Positions 37,399-49,238 of a DNA stretch of 49,582 nucleotides are shown here, piece by piece. The position numbers and the translations under genes were made by a program. The stretch's first letter is position 1. Every line of letters begins with the position of its first letter. Location: assembly GCA_000934665.2 (NCBI GenBank), contig KZ538752.1, positions 1 to 49,582 on the forward strand. Direction: 5' to 3'. The notes under the pieces were generated by a model, which was not told the DNA's origin, ran no database searches, and worked only from the letters and a program-made list of their open reading frames with translations. Source of the stretch: Catajapyx aquilonaris (taxonomy: Eukaryota).

Positions 37399-39450
37399 TC
37401 AAACGTCGGTGCCACAGTATCCTTCCTGGTATCCTTCGTCTGGTGAGTCCCTGGCTGTGATACGGTTGAGGACACTGTGGGGGGCATGGGGGGCATGGGG
37501 AGGTAGGAGGGGAGGACCTTTCATCCAGAACCGACCTCCTTTGCCGCTCTTGGGTGTGGACTCGCTGGACGTGTTGTAGGCCGAGGAGGAGGAGGAGGAT
37601 CCGTTGACGGGATCGGTGCTGCCCAGCAGGAACGACGTAGACGTGGAGCAGGCGGACGTACCTCGGAGCCTCTTCCCCGAGGAAGTCGCCATCACCGCAC
37701 TGTCGTCCTGAGTCATTCGCTCAGGGATGGGCAGACCGTAGTCCGGTGGGTAGGGGGCAGTCCCCAGGCAGCGACGACCCGCACTGCCTTTGCCCCGGGG
37801 CAGGGTGCAAGTGCTGTACACCATCATCGAGGCCGGGGGAATCGCCGAGTCCGAGCTGAGGTCGTGCAGGTTGGGGTTGTCCGGCGGGAACCGAACCGAG
37901 GTGTCCACCACGTCGGACTCCTCGTCGACGACGGACCCCTCGGCGGCCACCACCACGTGTCCGTTGGGCAGCCTCCCGTTGGCCCGTTCAGCTTCGTGGA
38001 CCAGGTCGGGATTGTTGGCCGGTCTGGCCGCGGCCGTGGCCATGACGCTGCCGTCCCCGTCGTAGTGGCTGGTGGTGTAGGTGATGTCTGTCATTCGGGG
38101 AGGCTTTTGGACGGGGTTAGGGTGAATAACTTCTGCGGGTTTGTCGACCACTTGGGGAGGAACAGCTGTGGGCAGGTCTTGGGATGGGTCTTTGACGGTC
38201 AGGAAAGGGAGTCGTCGGAGGCGGGCCAGGAAGAGGACAGCCACAGCCAAGACGATGATGAACAGGAGGATGAAGGCCGCTGACAGGCCGGCAATTTGGC
38301 CGCTGCCCAAGGCGGCCACACCAGCGGCTCTGGGAGCTACCAGCAGCGTGAAATTGGCCTCGACTGAGCCAGCCCCATTTTCGGCCACGCAGTACAGGTC
38401 CCCGGAGTCGTCGTCCTGCCCGTTGGTCAGCACCAGGGCGCTGCTTTTGTCGAAGGAGCCGTCCTCGTAGATGACGACTCGTTGGGTGCCCATGTTGACC
38501 AGGGAGTTGTTGGTCAGCTGGCGGCCGTGGCGGTACCACCTGATATTTGCCGCCGGTATGGCCCGTACCCGGCAGACCAGAGTGGCATTGTCGCCGCGAC
38601 CAGACTCGACGAACCTGGCGCTGGGCAGCACCTCCGGCTTGCAGGCAAAGTCATCCACGTCCAGGGAGTCGAACGACTTCTGTGCCAATCGGGGTGGCTC
38701 GTGGCACAGGGGCGAGACCGGGTGCGGGATGTTGTTTTCGGTCAGCCATTCCTTCATGGCCCTCAGCCTGCAGTCGCAATGCCAGGGGTTGTCGTGCACC
38801 GCCACACCGTGTAGTCTGTTGAGAGAGGTCACCGTCTTGGGTCTCAGGTCGGTCATTTGATTCCCGTTCAGGCGGAGCACCTCCAGCAGCTGCAGGTTGT
38901 CGAAGGCCTTGGCAGAGATGGCCTCGATCTTGCAGTCACTCAGGTCAAGCCTGACCAGTCCCGGTATCATCTCGAAGGCGCGCGCGTCGATCTTTTGAAT
39001 CGGGTTGGAGTTGAGGTTGAGCTCACGGAGAAAGAGCGTGTCGCGGAAGGCCGGCGAGGGCACGTCGGTGAGCAGGTTGTCGCTGAGGTCAAGCTCGACC
39101 AAGTTGGTCAGCCCTCTGAAGGCGTGCTGGTCGATCTGACCTAACCTGCATCGCGACAGGAATATCTTTTGCAGGTTGAGAAGCCCGGCTCTGACGAAGG
39201 TGTCCCTGGGCAGAACCTGCAGGTTGTTTCCGGACAAGTCCATCACCTGCGTCTCTGGATCCACCCTCTCCGGAATGCTGATCAGATCCTTATCACGACA
39301 CTCGACCGTCTGTTTTCCGCCCTTCCACTTGCACGAGCATGCCCCCGGGCAAGTCGCCCCGGAGCCGCCCCAGGCCCACCCCTCCAGCACCGTCACCAGC
39401 CAAAAGGTCACCAGCAGCAACGTCACCCGCGACAGCTGCCACCCGCACAT
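37399..39450 (-). CDS. kek1: Kekkon-1-like LRR + Ig single-pass transmembrane protein (LIG family), single coding exon, 683 aa
   Basis: Uninterrupted 2052-nt ORF from ATG (39450) to TGA (37399), GC-richer than its flanks. It encodes a signal peptide (LLLVTFWLVTVLEG), an LRRNT (CPGACSCKWKGGKQTVEC), about 7 LRRs (LxxLxLSxNxL), an LRRCT (NPWHCDCRL...DDFACKP), an Ig domain (ATLVCRV...IRWY...DSGDLYCVAEN) and a TM helix (AAFILLFIIVLAVAVLFLA). Kek intracellular motifs NPVQKPPR, NPDL and YPPDYGLP are present, with C-terminal SPDEGYQEG..GTDV (class I PDZ ligand). Family is certain; the kek1 paralog call rests on my recall of the tail motif. Confidence 0.93.
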   Translation of the reverse strand: MCGWQLSRVTLLLVTFWLVTVLEGWAWGGSGATCPGACSCKWKGGKQTVECRDKDLISIPERVDPETQVMDLSGNNLQVLPRDTFVRAGLLNLQKIFLSRCRLGQIDQHAFRGLTNLVELDLSDNLLTDVPSPAFRDTLFLRELNLNSNPIQKIDARAFEMIPGLVRLDLSDCKIEAISAKAFDNLQLLEVLRLNGNQMTDLRPKTVTSLNRLHGVAVHDNPWHCDCRLRAMKEWLTENNIPHPVSPLCHEPPRLAQKSFDSLDVDDFACKPEVLPSARFVESGRGDNATLVCRVRAIPAANIRWYRHGRQLTNNSLVNMGTQRVVIYEDGSFDKSSALVLTNGQDDDSGDLYCVAENGAGSVEANFTLLVAPRAAGVAALGSGQIAGLSAAFILLFIIVLAVAVLFLARLRRLPFLTVKDPSQDLPTAVPPQVVDKPAEVIHPNPVQKPPRMTDITYTTSHYDGDGSVMATAAARPANNPDLVHEAERANGRLPNGHVVVAAEGSVVDEESDVVDTSVRFPPDNPNLHDLSSDSAIPPASMMVYSTCTLPRGKGSAGRRCLGTAPYPPDYGLPIPERMTQDDSAVMATSSGKRLRGTSACSTSTSFLLGSTDPVNGSSSSSSAYNTSSESTPKSGKGGRFWMKGPPLLPPHAPHAPHSVLNRITARDSPDEGYQEGYCGTDV

Positions 39451-39767
39451 TGCTGATTTGGACGCCGTCTCTCACCCGCGCACTGGCATCATCATCCGTA
39501 CTCCAGCACTGAAATCCACATCCTTAGGTACACTGGTATGGCACTCGATCCACTCAGTTATGGTCTCGCCACCCAGAAGAAGAAGAAAAAAAAGAAACAA
39601 CAACCACCACGGGCCGGGGAGAGATCCTTCTGGAGTTGAGAGTGGCGCCGAGTCCGGACGCCAACTGCAAAGGTAGCGGCCACACTCGGATGGAGCGGTA
39701 GGGGAGTCGTCGGGCTGGGGGGTGGAGTGGAAGAGGGGTGGGGGTTGGCCGCTACCGCGCCGGTCGC

Positions 39768-39830
39768 AAGTGCAAGCCGCACGGATCCTGCGGACTCGTT
39801 TTATACGCGCCAGAAAGAGCCAGCGGAAGT
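39768..39830 (-). promoter_or_regulatory. Candidate kek1 core promoter (TATA, Inr-like element, adjacent ETS site)
   Basis: Minus-strand TATAAAA at 39805-39799 and Inr-like TTGCACTT at 39775-39768 (A is 34 nt from the first T of TATA, slightly long). ETS-type GCGGAAGT at 39823-39830. A possible splice acceptor (CTACCTTTGCAG, ~39676-39665) means the true TSS could instead lie further upstream. Confidence 0.35.
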
Positions 39831-42800
39831 TAAGGGAACGGCAAGAGTGGGGAGCCAACCGAGCATAAAGAGAGGGAAGGGAGGGAAGAGGGGGGGGGGG
39901 AGGGAGGGAGCCTACTACCTACCCTCCTAGTTAACAATATTACGGCATATGGCCTGCTGCCCCGATCGATCCTAGGCCTACCCTCCATTGATAAATTGTC
40001 TTAGGTAGTAACGGTAGCCCGGTTTTTCAATGACATATTGTGTGCTGCTACTCGACACACTCCAAAAGAGGGAAGGTAAAGGCACCAATCAGGAATGTAG
40101 GTCACAATGGCCATCCACAGAAATAGCGCTATGATTGCGTCCACAAAAATCGCGCGATTTAGTTGCAGAAATAGACTGCAGGGCATAGAGTGGACATGGC
40201 ACATGGGTGCAATATGCGTAGTGTTACGCGTGTTGCGGAGACAATATTTGAGAGTAGGGAGCAGCGCGGTATCCGGGTGAGTACATATTGCGGTGCGCCA
40301 GAAAAGACAGGCACATAGCGTCCCAATTATCGCCGCCACAATTTTATTACATCGCATTAGGGATGCCTCTAAATTGTCCCCATTACAGTGGCAGCAGATT
40401 ATTGGAGTGGATTTTAATTTGTAATTTTTTAACACTTGCGCCTACCTTTGAAGCCGTAATGGCAGGGCCCTATTGACGTTTTTGCGACAAAAGGCTCATG
40501 TATGAATAGGCATGCAGGCAGGCATAATTATGTGGAACACGATGACTACATTGTTGCCGGTCGTGAATGTTTAATTCGCGTTATTCCTGGAATAGCGGGT
40601 TGTACAACTGTGTTTTCTTCCTCCTTAAAAAGGCTGACATGGACGACCCCAGCCGTCGGTTATTGCGAGTTGTGTTTCGTGCGCCGGCAACAATTGATTT
40701 GCTGTCATCCGGAGGCGAAACCATGCCTTTTTATCCTCGCCTATATCTGCACCCAACTTACTTCTTCGGATACAAATGGCTGGTATCAACCCACCCTCCA
40801 ATAAGGGAGGGGACAAAGTTTCACAAGTTGTGTCACTTTCGCACGACCTTTCCGCTGACCCCAATTGTGCGCAGAAAAATTGCAGCCGTTGCGTATTGAC
40901 CTAGTCGAGGTCGACCTTGCCTGTTTCCCTTTGTGAATAACTTGCTTTTGGGTCACCGACTTCTTGCCAATTGACAAAAATGTGCATAGGGAGGAGGTAG
41001 ACTGCTGGTGGTGGGGGACTCTGGCTTGGAAAAGAAGTAACCCGATGTTCATGTTTTATTCAGGGTTGGGCCGCCGGAAACGTTAAGGGGGGGTGGAAGG
41101 CTATTTATGTCCTCGGAATAGACTTGTGGACTTATGCAGCTGACGGCTATGAATAATTTGCCGGACCCCAAAATCGCTGCCGTATCATTGGACAGGGGAG
41201 TTGATGACCTGCCAAATGGCCGAGATTTCCCCCCCTCAAATTTGGTATTTGGGTACTGATGTCATTTTGTTGCAAAGTACTCATATTCGACTTAAGTACT
41301 CGAATGTAACATGTTTAGACCATACTGGTAAATAAATATTATATTAACTTCATATTTTAATCATAAACAATTGTGTATAGTTTATTATTTGTTGATTGTT
41401 GCGACAAGTTGAGCGTTCACTTCAGGTAGGACGCAGGGGCGTAATTGAGAGAGCAAAATTGTCGAGTAAATCTGAGGGTGTGCTGTGCATTGTTTTCATA
41501 TTGGGCCCACCCTTGACGATGCAATTTTAGTAGTCAAATATAATTATAATGCCTGATATAGTTAAATTATTCGGATTACTTTAGTATCAAGACGAATTGA
41601 GTATGTGATGAATAAAACTAGTTCCTGATAAAGATGTAACTGTGTTCTACCAACTGTTGCTGAATAATCCCAAAACTAATTTTACCTCCGAAGCTTCGTT
41701 GTAAATCTCATGTATTGTGAATGCCTATACACATATTCGGAGTTTTTCTCTTCATTTGCGTTCATAAAACAGGGCCTGAAAAAAACCCGACTCTATAGTC
41801 CGACATATCCGGAAGGGATTCTATAGTGTGCGTACCTTTTTGTCAGCAGCTGTTTGAAATACTTGCGGATCTTTCTTTCCTTTTTGGTTATTGTATTCAC
41901 AGGAAACAGGCACAATTTCCGAAGCTGTCAGCAAGCATCGTCACAACATGGCATCCACTTCTCCCGGAATGTCAACCGAAGCGTTAATGCCCCAATAAGC
42001 CCGTATCGGATGGGATGGGCCCCCAGGACACGAGACAGCACTCGACCGATTATCTCCACCGTCTTGACAGAAAAAAAGAGGAAAAAAAGAAGGCATTCCC
42101 TGTCTATCTCGGCCTATCTCGTCTGTATTTCCACTCCAGTTGAGCAAATAAGAACATGGGACAACAGAGAGCTCATGCTGACCCCCACTAGGATTAACTC
42201 CTTTTCGTCATGCGAGCTGCGTGTTTATTGGCTACGTCCAGATGATTCCAACAGATTGCGAGTAAGGGTGCTTCCATTATTTAACTCCTACTCCCTGTTT
42301 TCTTTGTTCATTCACAACCTGCAGACCGGAGTAGATAAGGCGCGCAACCAGGAGGAGTGGGAGAGTGGGGAGGATGGGAGGGAGGTAGGGGGAAGGTGGA
42401 GGGAATCTCTGGCGGCACTTTCGCCGTCGTATCTTCCGAAGGCCTACTTCCACCTTGGGAAACTTTCATGCATTTTTATTCTATTACATTGTAGAATGGG
42501 ATTTTAAAGAGTTGCGCATGGTCTCTCGCACAAGATGGATATCTTCTGAGAGCTGGCGAAGGTTCAATATGTATGAAATGTAGAAGTTGCACTTCATGTT
42601 TCATTTAAGCAGCGGTCCTTGAGTTATCACTTGCTCATCTTCCCCAGGCTTTCTAGAGAAAAAGAGCCTTTCTCTCTCTGGTAAAATGTCAAAGGAAAAC
42701 GTTCACGCTAACATGTTCATTATCGTACAATTATTTCGGGAACTACTTTGCTATTACCCATTATCTCATACGGATGAATCCTGCAATATATGGATTTTTT

Positions 42801-45800
42801 TTAAATTGAACTGCTAATGTTTTTTTCTGAACATATGTACTTCTGAACATGTGTTGCAATTATCCGTTTCGCCGAAGGCTATTTAACTGTGCGCAGATCA
42901 ATTGCCGTACAGCACTGGAAGTAGTACAAAACTACAGCTTTACCCTTTCCGGCACTGATCCTGTACAAAAAAAAATCCGAGGCTGGAAACTACTAATTGC
43001 AAGAGGCATGACGTAAGAGTGGCTGTATGCACAGGAAGCCCTGCGCCTTCCACGAGAGTGATATTACAAAACACGCATAATGGTGGGACAAGTGCATAAA
43101 ATAATACCTCCGGATATTTTGACAGCGTGAAAATACTGTACAATACGTGACTCACTCCCGCATCCCAGTGTGGGCATTTTCAGTTATATACGTATTTTTT
43201 AAAAAAGACTTGGCTACTTATTCATTACTCCCCGTATACTTAGTACTTCACACGCGAATATGGCCAGGGGACGTGGACTCGTGTGTTCACAGGTAGCCTC
43301 ATCACTGAAATGTTTCTCACGTATGTGCTTCTGGAAGAGAGAGTGTGCGCAAGGAGGGCAAGGTAACACTTCTTACTCGTATTAGGGATGACTAAATTGC
43401 GACGTAGGCTATACAGTGCCATGACTGTTGACATAACGTATTCGTAGCTGTTCATTAAAAGCGAGGAATCAATGTACGTATTTGCCATAAATATGCAGCG
43501 AATGTAAGGTTCCCTTTTGTTAATGCAGCTTAGGCGTGCGTTGGCCTCCAGCGCCGTTGGCCATCCTTCTTCCTCCTTTCTTCCGGATTTCTTCTCTTTT
43601 TTCCGGGACTTTGAGCCTCCCCTTCCTCCAGCCCACCTCCCTTTTCCTTTCCCCAATTCCCCCTGAAGTCAACACGGCTTGCCATTCCCTTGGGGGACTG
43701 ACTTGAGTCCGGGCGCCACTTTCTACTTGGCTTTCACTCCGGCGCCATATCTTCCCTTCCGCCACGCTCCGACGCTCGTCTTTTGTTCCCCACCCTTGGC
43801 CTTTCCACCTCGCAATCACGCCATTTGCCATTAGCAAAAATTCAACCCCCAATCCACCTCGCCTGCACCCCCTTACCACCTTCCTCTCCGGAAATTGTGT
43901 CTCCCGAGTCTTCACACTTGGCATTTGGGCAATGGCCGTCTTCTGCCATTATGATTCTTGATCCCAAAAAATCAAGTGAGACAATCAGATTATGCTGCAG
44001 CAGGAATGGTGCGCAGGTTATCTAACCAGTAGTCAACACCTATTGACCTGGGAGTCATCCATAATTTCCCAAGAAATGGCATGTATATTTATTGCGGCGA
44101 TATATGTATTTGGATTTTATTTTTTATTTTGCGAGAGAATGAATCCTGCGGGGAAATAGGTTCGCGTGCGGTCTGTCCCAAAGACGTAACCGGAATTTCC
44201 TCCCGGATCTAGGAATCGATAGACTGCTGCTTCTGCTGGGGTTCGTTGTAGAAACGAGAGTCGTTGGAGGAAGGCTAGGGTGGGGAGAGGAGGGGAGAAA
44301 GAGGAGGCCACAATCCAGGGATTCTCACGTGATTGCGTCCTTTGGGGACGGATCCCCGCGTTGCGGATCCGGATTCCTCTCCTTCCCACACGGGATCCGG
44401 GGCGACTGCTGCTCAAAACCTACAATTCTGCATAGCATCACCCTCGTCACATATCGATAACCCAAAATGCGTGGACCGAAAGTGGGCCAAATGACTGGTT
44501 AGATGAAGTGCAGGTGTTTTATCTGAGGTTCGTCAATAAGTGAGGCATAATACGTGGGCGCTGGGGAGGGATGCGCGACAGTCGTCAATGATGCAACGTT
44601 CCTCGGTTTGACACTGGAAGGATTGGGATTAATATTTCATTGGTTGGGGGAGGGGTATTGACGCGGCTGGGCTACGTTTCTTCATCGCCGCGCTACAGCC
44701 TTGTACCTACAGTGCTAACATATGCAATGGTGTTCTGAAATTTTCATGTTGCTGACAGTTTACAATGCTTTGCGACGAGATGGCATAAAAGTTACTGTAA
44801 TGGCGCTCAATCTCGGCCCCTCTGCACAGCCTGCCGTTAAATCGGCTTGGGATGCATGCTGGCATATTTTAAAGACACGCTTACAAATGTGCACTCAACC
44901 CTGCTCATATCAAGTGCCGCTTCAAATTAAGGCAAGGATTTCATATGAATACCTTTTGAATGCAGTTAATGTTGTTATTGTTGAAACGCGTCATATTGTA
45001 ACAGGATTTCCACACTATATGGAAGGCACCTTTGCTTTAATTTCAAGTGCCACGCATTTGATGTTTGAAGATATTTACTCATAGTATCCGCATTAATATT
45101 CTGGCTGACTGCGAAAGTGCCTGAATTGTTCTGTGAAATTACCCTTCAATTTAGTCGATCTTTCCTACTCTATTATGTAGTTGCGGTTAACAAGGTGGAG
45201 TTAGATAATCGGATCTGTGAGACGATTTTTTTTCCTATGGAAAGAGTTTACGTGGAAAGGGCGGATTTTCTGGGAGCCAGAAATTGATTATAAAACTATA
45301 TAGTTGTGTAAATAATCCTCTACAACAACTTGTAGTTGTGGCCGAGGGGTTTTTGCGACTACGAACTTTCACGCAGTAGACTAATCAGTAAGTACGTCAG
45401 CTGTAAAAGAGCGAAATAATGCGGGCTGCAACAATTTATTTCAGCGCACTAAAAACGAACCTAATGTGGCTTGTAATAACCGTACTCTTAAAGGACTAAA
45501 ATGGCGTGTCCATATAAACTAATGAGGCAATAATGGCAAACGAGGATTGAAGTCAGGATGCAAATATGAGATGACGTCATATGCATTCAGGTTGGATGGC
45601 GTGGAGAGAGTGGCAATTGGGGGAATGGCTTTTCTACAGTGGAAATGCGCATAATGGAGGGTGGGGGAGTGATGGGAGGCTGGGGTGAAGTTGGTTTGAC
45701 ATAACCCCCTCCCTCCTCCCAGCCGGGCCCTGTCTACAGAGTAAAGGGGATGAAACGCGGGTTGGAAACTGTCTGCGGCGCTTTGTGACTGAAATGAAAT

Positions 45801-47869
45801 CGGCCAAGATATATGGCATTAGTTTTGTGAACGGAAAATGCGGCGTTGCAGTTAATATCATTTGGTCCCAGCGGCCCAGGAGTCAAACGTGTGTAATAAT
45901 TAGTTTCATTTTGACATGTTGGATTCAATTTCCGTTGCGGTTTACTCTCAAACCTCCATCCCCCCACCCCTGCTCTCACTATGCACTTCATTCTCAACCT
46001 GTGCCACTTCCATATGGCAATTGTGCTCTGTTTTCAACCGACTGCGAAACGGACCCGAAGGTACAAATATATATGTCGTTGGGATCCCTGGCGCAGATTG
46101 CGTATTTGCAAACCCGGCGTCAAATGGGCGTTCACGAGAAATGAGGACAACACGAATGCGGTGGAACGTTTTGGCAAATACGTACGCGCCAGGCCGTACG
46201 GTTATTAAATATTGAAACGGGACGATTCAAAAAACTTTTTCCCGCTTCAGGAGGAAACTAGACACACAAAAGCTATGATAACTCATGAAACTTTTGTATG
46301 CAACTTGTGCCACACTAGTTTTTACCATTCATTTCTATTTTCGGCCTGCCTATACGTTCAGCTGGTGGGCACCATGTTTGGTGCCAATTCTACAGCATGG
46401 AGGACATCATTTCACCTGTGAATCATTTGAGCAAAAGGACGCTGGGATTGTTGTGACTAGGTGCTGCCTAAGAATTTTTCTGTACATACTACAACTAAGC
46501 TATCGTAAAGATACTCTTATAAATTTAAAAAGGCATTAAAAACATATTATAGCGAGCCATATCACCTGTAACTACCGGCTTTCCGGTATACCTCCGCAAA
46601 AAACAAACAAAAAAAAACTGCTGAAGGTCGGCCAGAAGATAGATTGAACCATGCAGGAACCATGCTTCTACATGGACGAGACTGCAAAGTGAGCAATTTT
46701 TCTATACATCTTCCCCTTCATGCGAAAGGTGGCTGCAGAACTCCACTCGATGTCTCGAATTTTCCTTCCCCCTCGCGCCGACTGGTCCAGTGAGTATTCT
46801 GAAGCGATGGCTCCGGACTGAGTCGGACCCAAAATTAAGACCAGTCCTGAGGGAAAGGACTGGAAACAAAAAAGGACCAAACAATCATATTCTGGTAGCT
46901 TTATTGGGGACACGACAGGGGCATGGGGAGGGAGAAATATTGGCGAGGGCATTAACATCAAGTATGCATAAGAGGAGAGCGTCCCGGCGACCTGGGCGTA
47001 AAAATCATAACCGAATGGAATGTCGACTCTCCCCTCTCACCCCGCTCCACCCCCCACCTCCCTCAAAAAAGAAGAGAAGAGGGCCTCAAACCTCCTTCAT
47101 GCATAGCAAAAACTCGGCCGCTCTTATGCATTTGAATGGCGGCCATTTGGGCCTTCCGCGCCCTCTTCACCACACTTTGTACAGCTCCCCTGTTACGTCA
47201 TGTCACTCCCTCCTCCCCACCCTCCCACTACACACCCCCACTTCGTCCACAGCCATAGCATAGTTCTGAAAAGCTACTGTCAACACGATGGATGGGAGCA
47301 TGTGAGTGTGGTGCCGTTACAGCATTTTTTGGGGACCCAGTTTATTCTCAGAGAAAGGGAAAGGTTGGAGTGTTTTTTCAAAATATATACAGTTTTACAT
47401 ACGGTGGGTGCACCGCCGGTGTACCATACGGAGTTAAATGCGATCTTCCAAGTACTGTAGAAGACCCTTTGTCAAACAAAATATGTGTAGACAAATAATC
47501 TGATGCCTCTCTCTACCTTTGGATGGTTGTAAAAGAACCCTAGCAAGTAAGGTGGTATGGCATCTGTTTCGTTCTGTTAAATCAAATGCTTGATACACAT
47601 GGTGCTTGATAGGGGGGCTAGAAAAATGAAAGGCAGAATTGGAAACAAGGCTGAGACTTTGGGGTCAAAGATATGCTAATTTGCAATTTTTCAAGTTTCA
47701 AATGGTCACATGTGGCACTACGATAATTTCTATTCCAATTTTGGTGGGGTTGGTACATGACAACAATATGAATAATAATTTTTGTTATTTGCATTATTAT
47801 GAGGAGCAACATCCCGGAGAAACAGAAGACAAAAATTGAAATTATTATTTCACACTTCACATTTAATAA

Positions 47870-48922
47870 CACTGTTCTACAAGAAAGGTTTTTTCTGAAG
47901 ATGTGAATAGTGATTCTAATAGTATTCTCTGCGCTGATTCCAAATCTCCACTTAGAAATGTCCTGTCAGGCACATGTTTTGAGATATATCGGTTTAAAAT
48001 TTGGAACGGTTTACTAGGGGTCATTCCGAATCAAGTGGGCTGAAATGGTGCTAGACCATCTCGAATTTTGGTGAAATAAATCACAGCTGTACACACATGT
48101 ACCATAACACTGTATATCCAGTTTCATCCATATTTCGTCATACCGTGGGGAGGAAAGAAATCGCAAAAATTTGAAAAGGGCCGAAAATTATGCCTTTTCT
48201 TGGATAATTTTTTCCGGTTAGAGCAAGTGGTCAAAACCCAATCAACAATATATTATACATCAAATGAAAGAGAACTGCGAGGAGAATGCGCCTATGGAAT
48301 TGGTTTTCCTATAAAATGTAACCAAGAAAATGTGAGTGGCATTCCATCGGCCACATGCTCAGTAACATGTGCAAATATTTAGACCCCAACAATTAGTGAT
48401 GTATATTCGTAGCAGCTGTCATGTTTGGTGGCAGGAGTTGTGACCCATACAAGGTTGAATACAGTTGAATATGTTCAGTTACAAGCCTGGGTCATGCGTG
48501 GCTCGCGAGAAAATAATAGGTACCGGTATAATTATGTTCGTTGAGTTTTGACCACTTCCAATAACCGGAAAAACCTTCCAAAAAGGCTTCATTTTCAGCC
48601 TTTTTCAATATTTCGCGATTTTTCTCCTGCCCACGGTATTGCGCAAAATGGATGCAACTTGACATCCAGCGTTATGACATGTTTGTGTACAGCTGTGATT
48701 TTGTTCGCCAAAATCTGAGCTCAGTGGTCTAGCAACATTTTTGCCCACATTATTTGAAATGACCCCTATACATTTTGAGTGATTTCGTTTTTTGACTGCC
48801 CGGAGGTCGAAAACAAATCTGAGACAAAATGAATGGTCATTGTGAGTTAGGAGTGACCTAAGGAACATGGAAATGGCGATGAAATTACACGGGACCGAAA
48901 AAAGTTGATTTTTGTTGCATAG
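47870..48922. mobile_element. Possible Chapaev3-like remnant hosting the Academ-like insertion
   Basis: TAA-CACTGTTCTACAAGAA left end and AAAAGTTGATTTTTGTTGCATAG right end; the ends match each other at only ~10/16. Confidence 0.3.
48015..48768. mobile_element. Non-autonomous DNA transposon with long imperfect TIRs (Academ-like)
   Basis: Termini TAGGGGTCATT...AATGACCCCTA. Inverted similarity continues ~170 bp (e.g. GCTAGACCA/TGGTCTAGC, AAATCACAGCTGTACACA/TGTGTACAGCTGTGATTT, ATACCGTGGG/CCCACGGTAT). Flanking 3-bp duplication TAC at 48012-48014 and 48769-48771. Confidence 0.8.
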
Positions 48923-49238
48923 ATTTGTTTTACTTGACCGATGAAGGCTACTACAACGGGTACATTTCTAGTACGGCGTGGCAAGCGTTGCAACATTTCT
49001 ATATTATAATCTTGAAGTTTTGATGAGCTAAGAGATAATTCATAGTATAATATAGGATCATAGTATGATTTCAGCTACATCAGTGTGCCGAAATAAAATA
49101 TTTTAGGTTTAAATCACTCGCTATTTTTGCACACAAAAATAACCTCAGGAGAATCTGAAAAGTAGAGAGAAAACAGATAAGAGTTCCTAACTAATATGTG
49201 TAAAGGGGACCATATATGCACGCCCCCATACATGGCGA

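Noticed and set aside
37790..39676. Many overlapping ORFs on the plus strand and in alternative frames over kek1
   Set aside because: Shadow ORFs caused by GC-rich codon usage of the real CDS; no recognisable domains.
41434..41515. CAGGGGCGTA...GGGCCC hAT-like end (similar ends at ~7530, ~14670, ~27040)
   Set aside because: No matching partner TIR or TSD found; too weak to annotate as elements.
41854..42507. 217-aa ORF divergent from kek1
   Set aside because: Non-ATG (TTG) start, no recognisable domain and composition like non-coding flanks; only RNA-seq or homology could rescue it.
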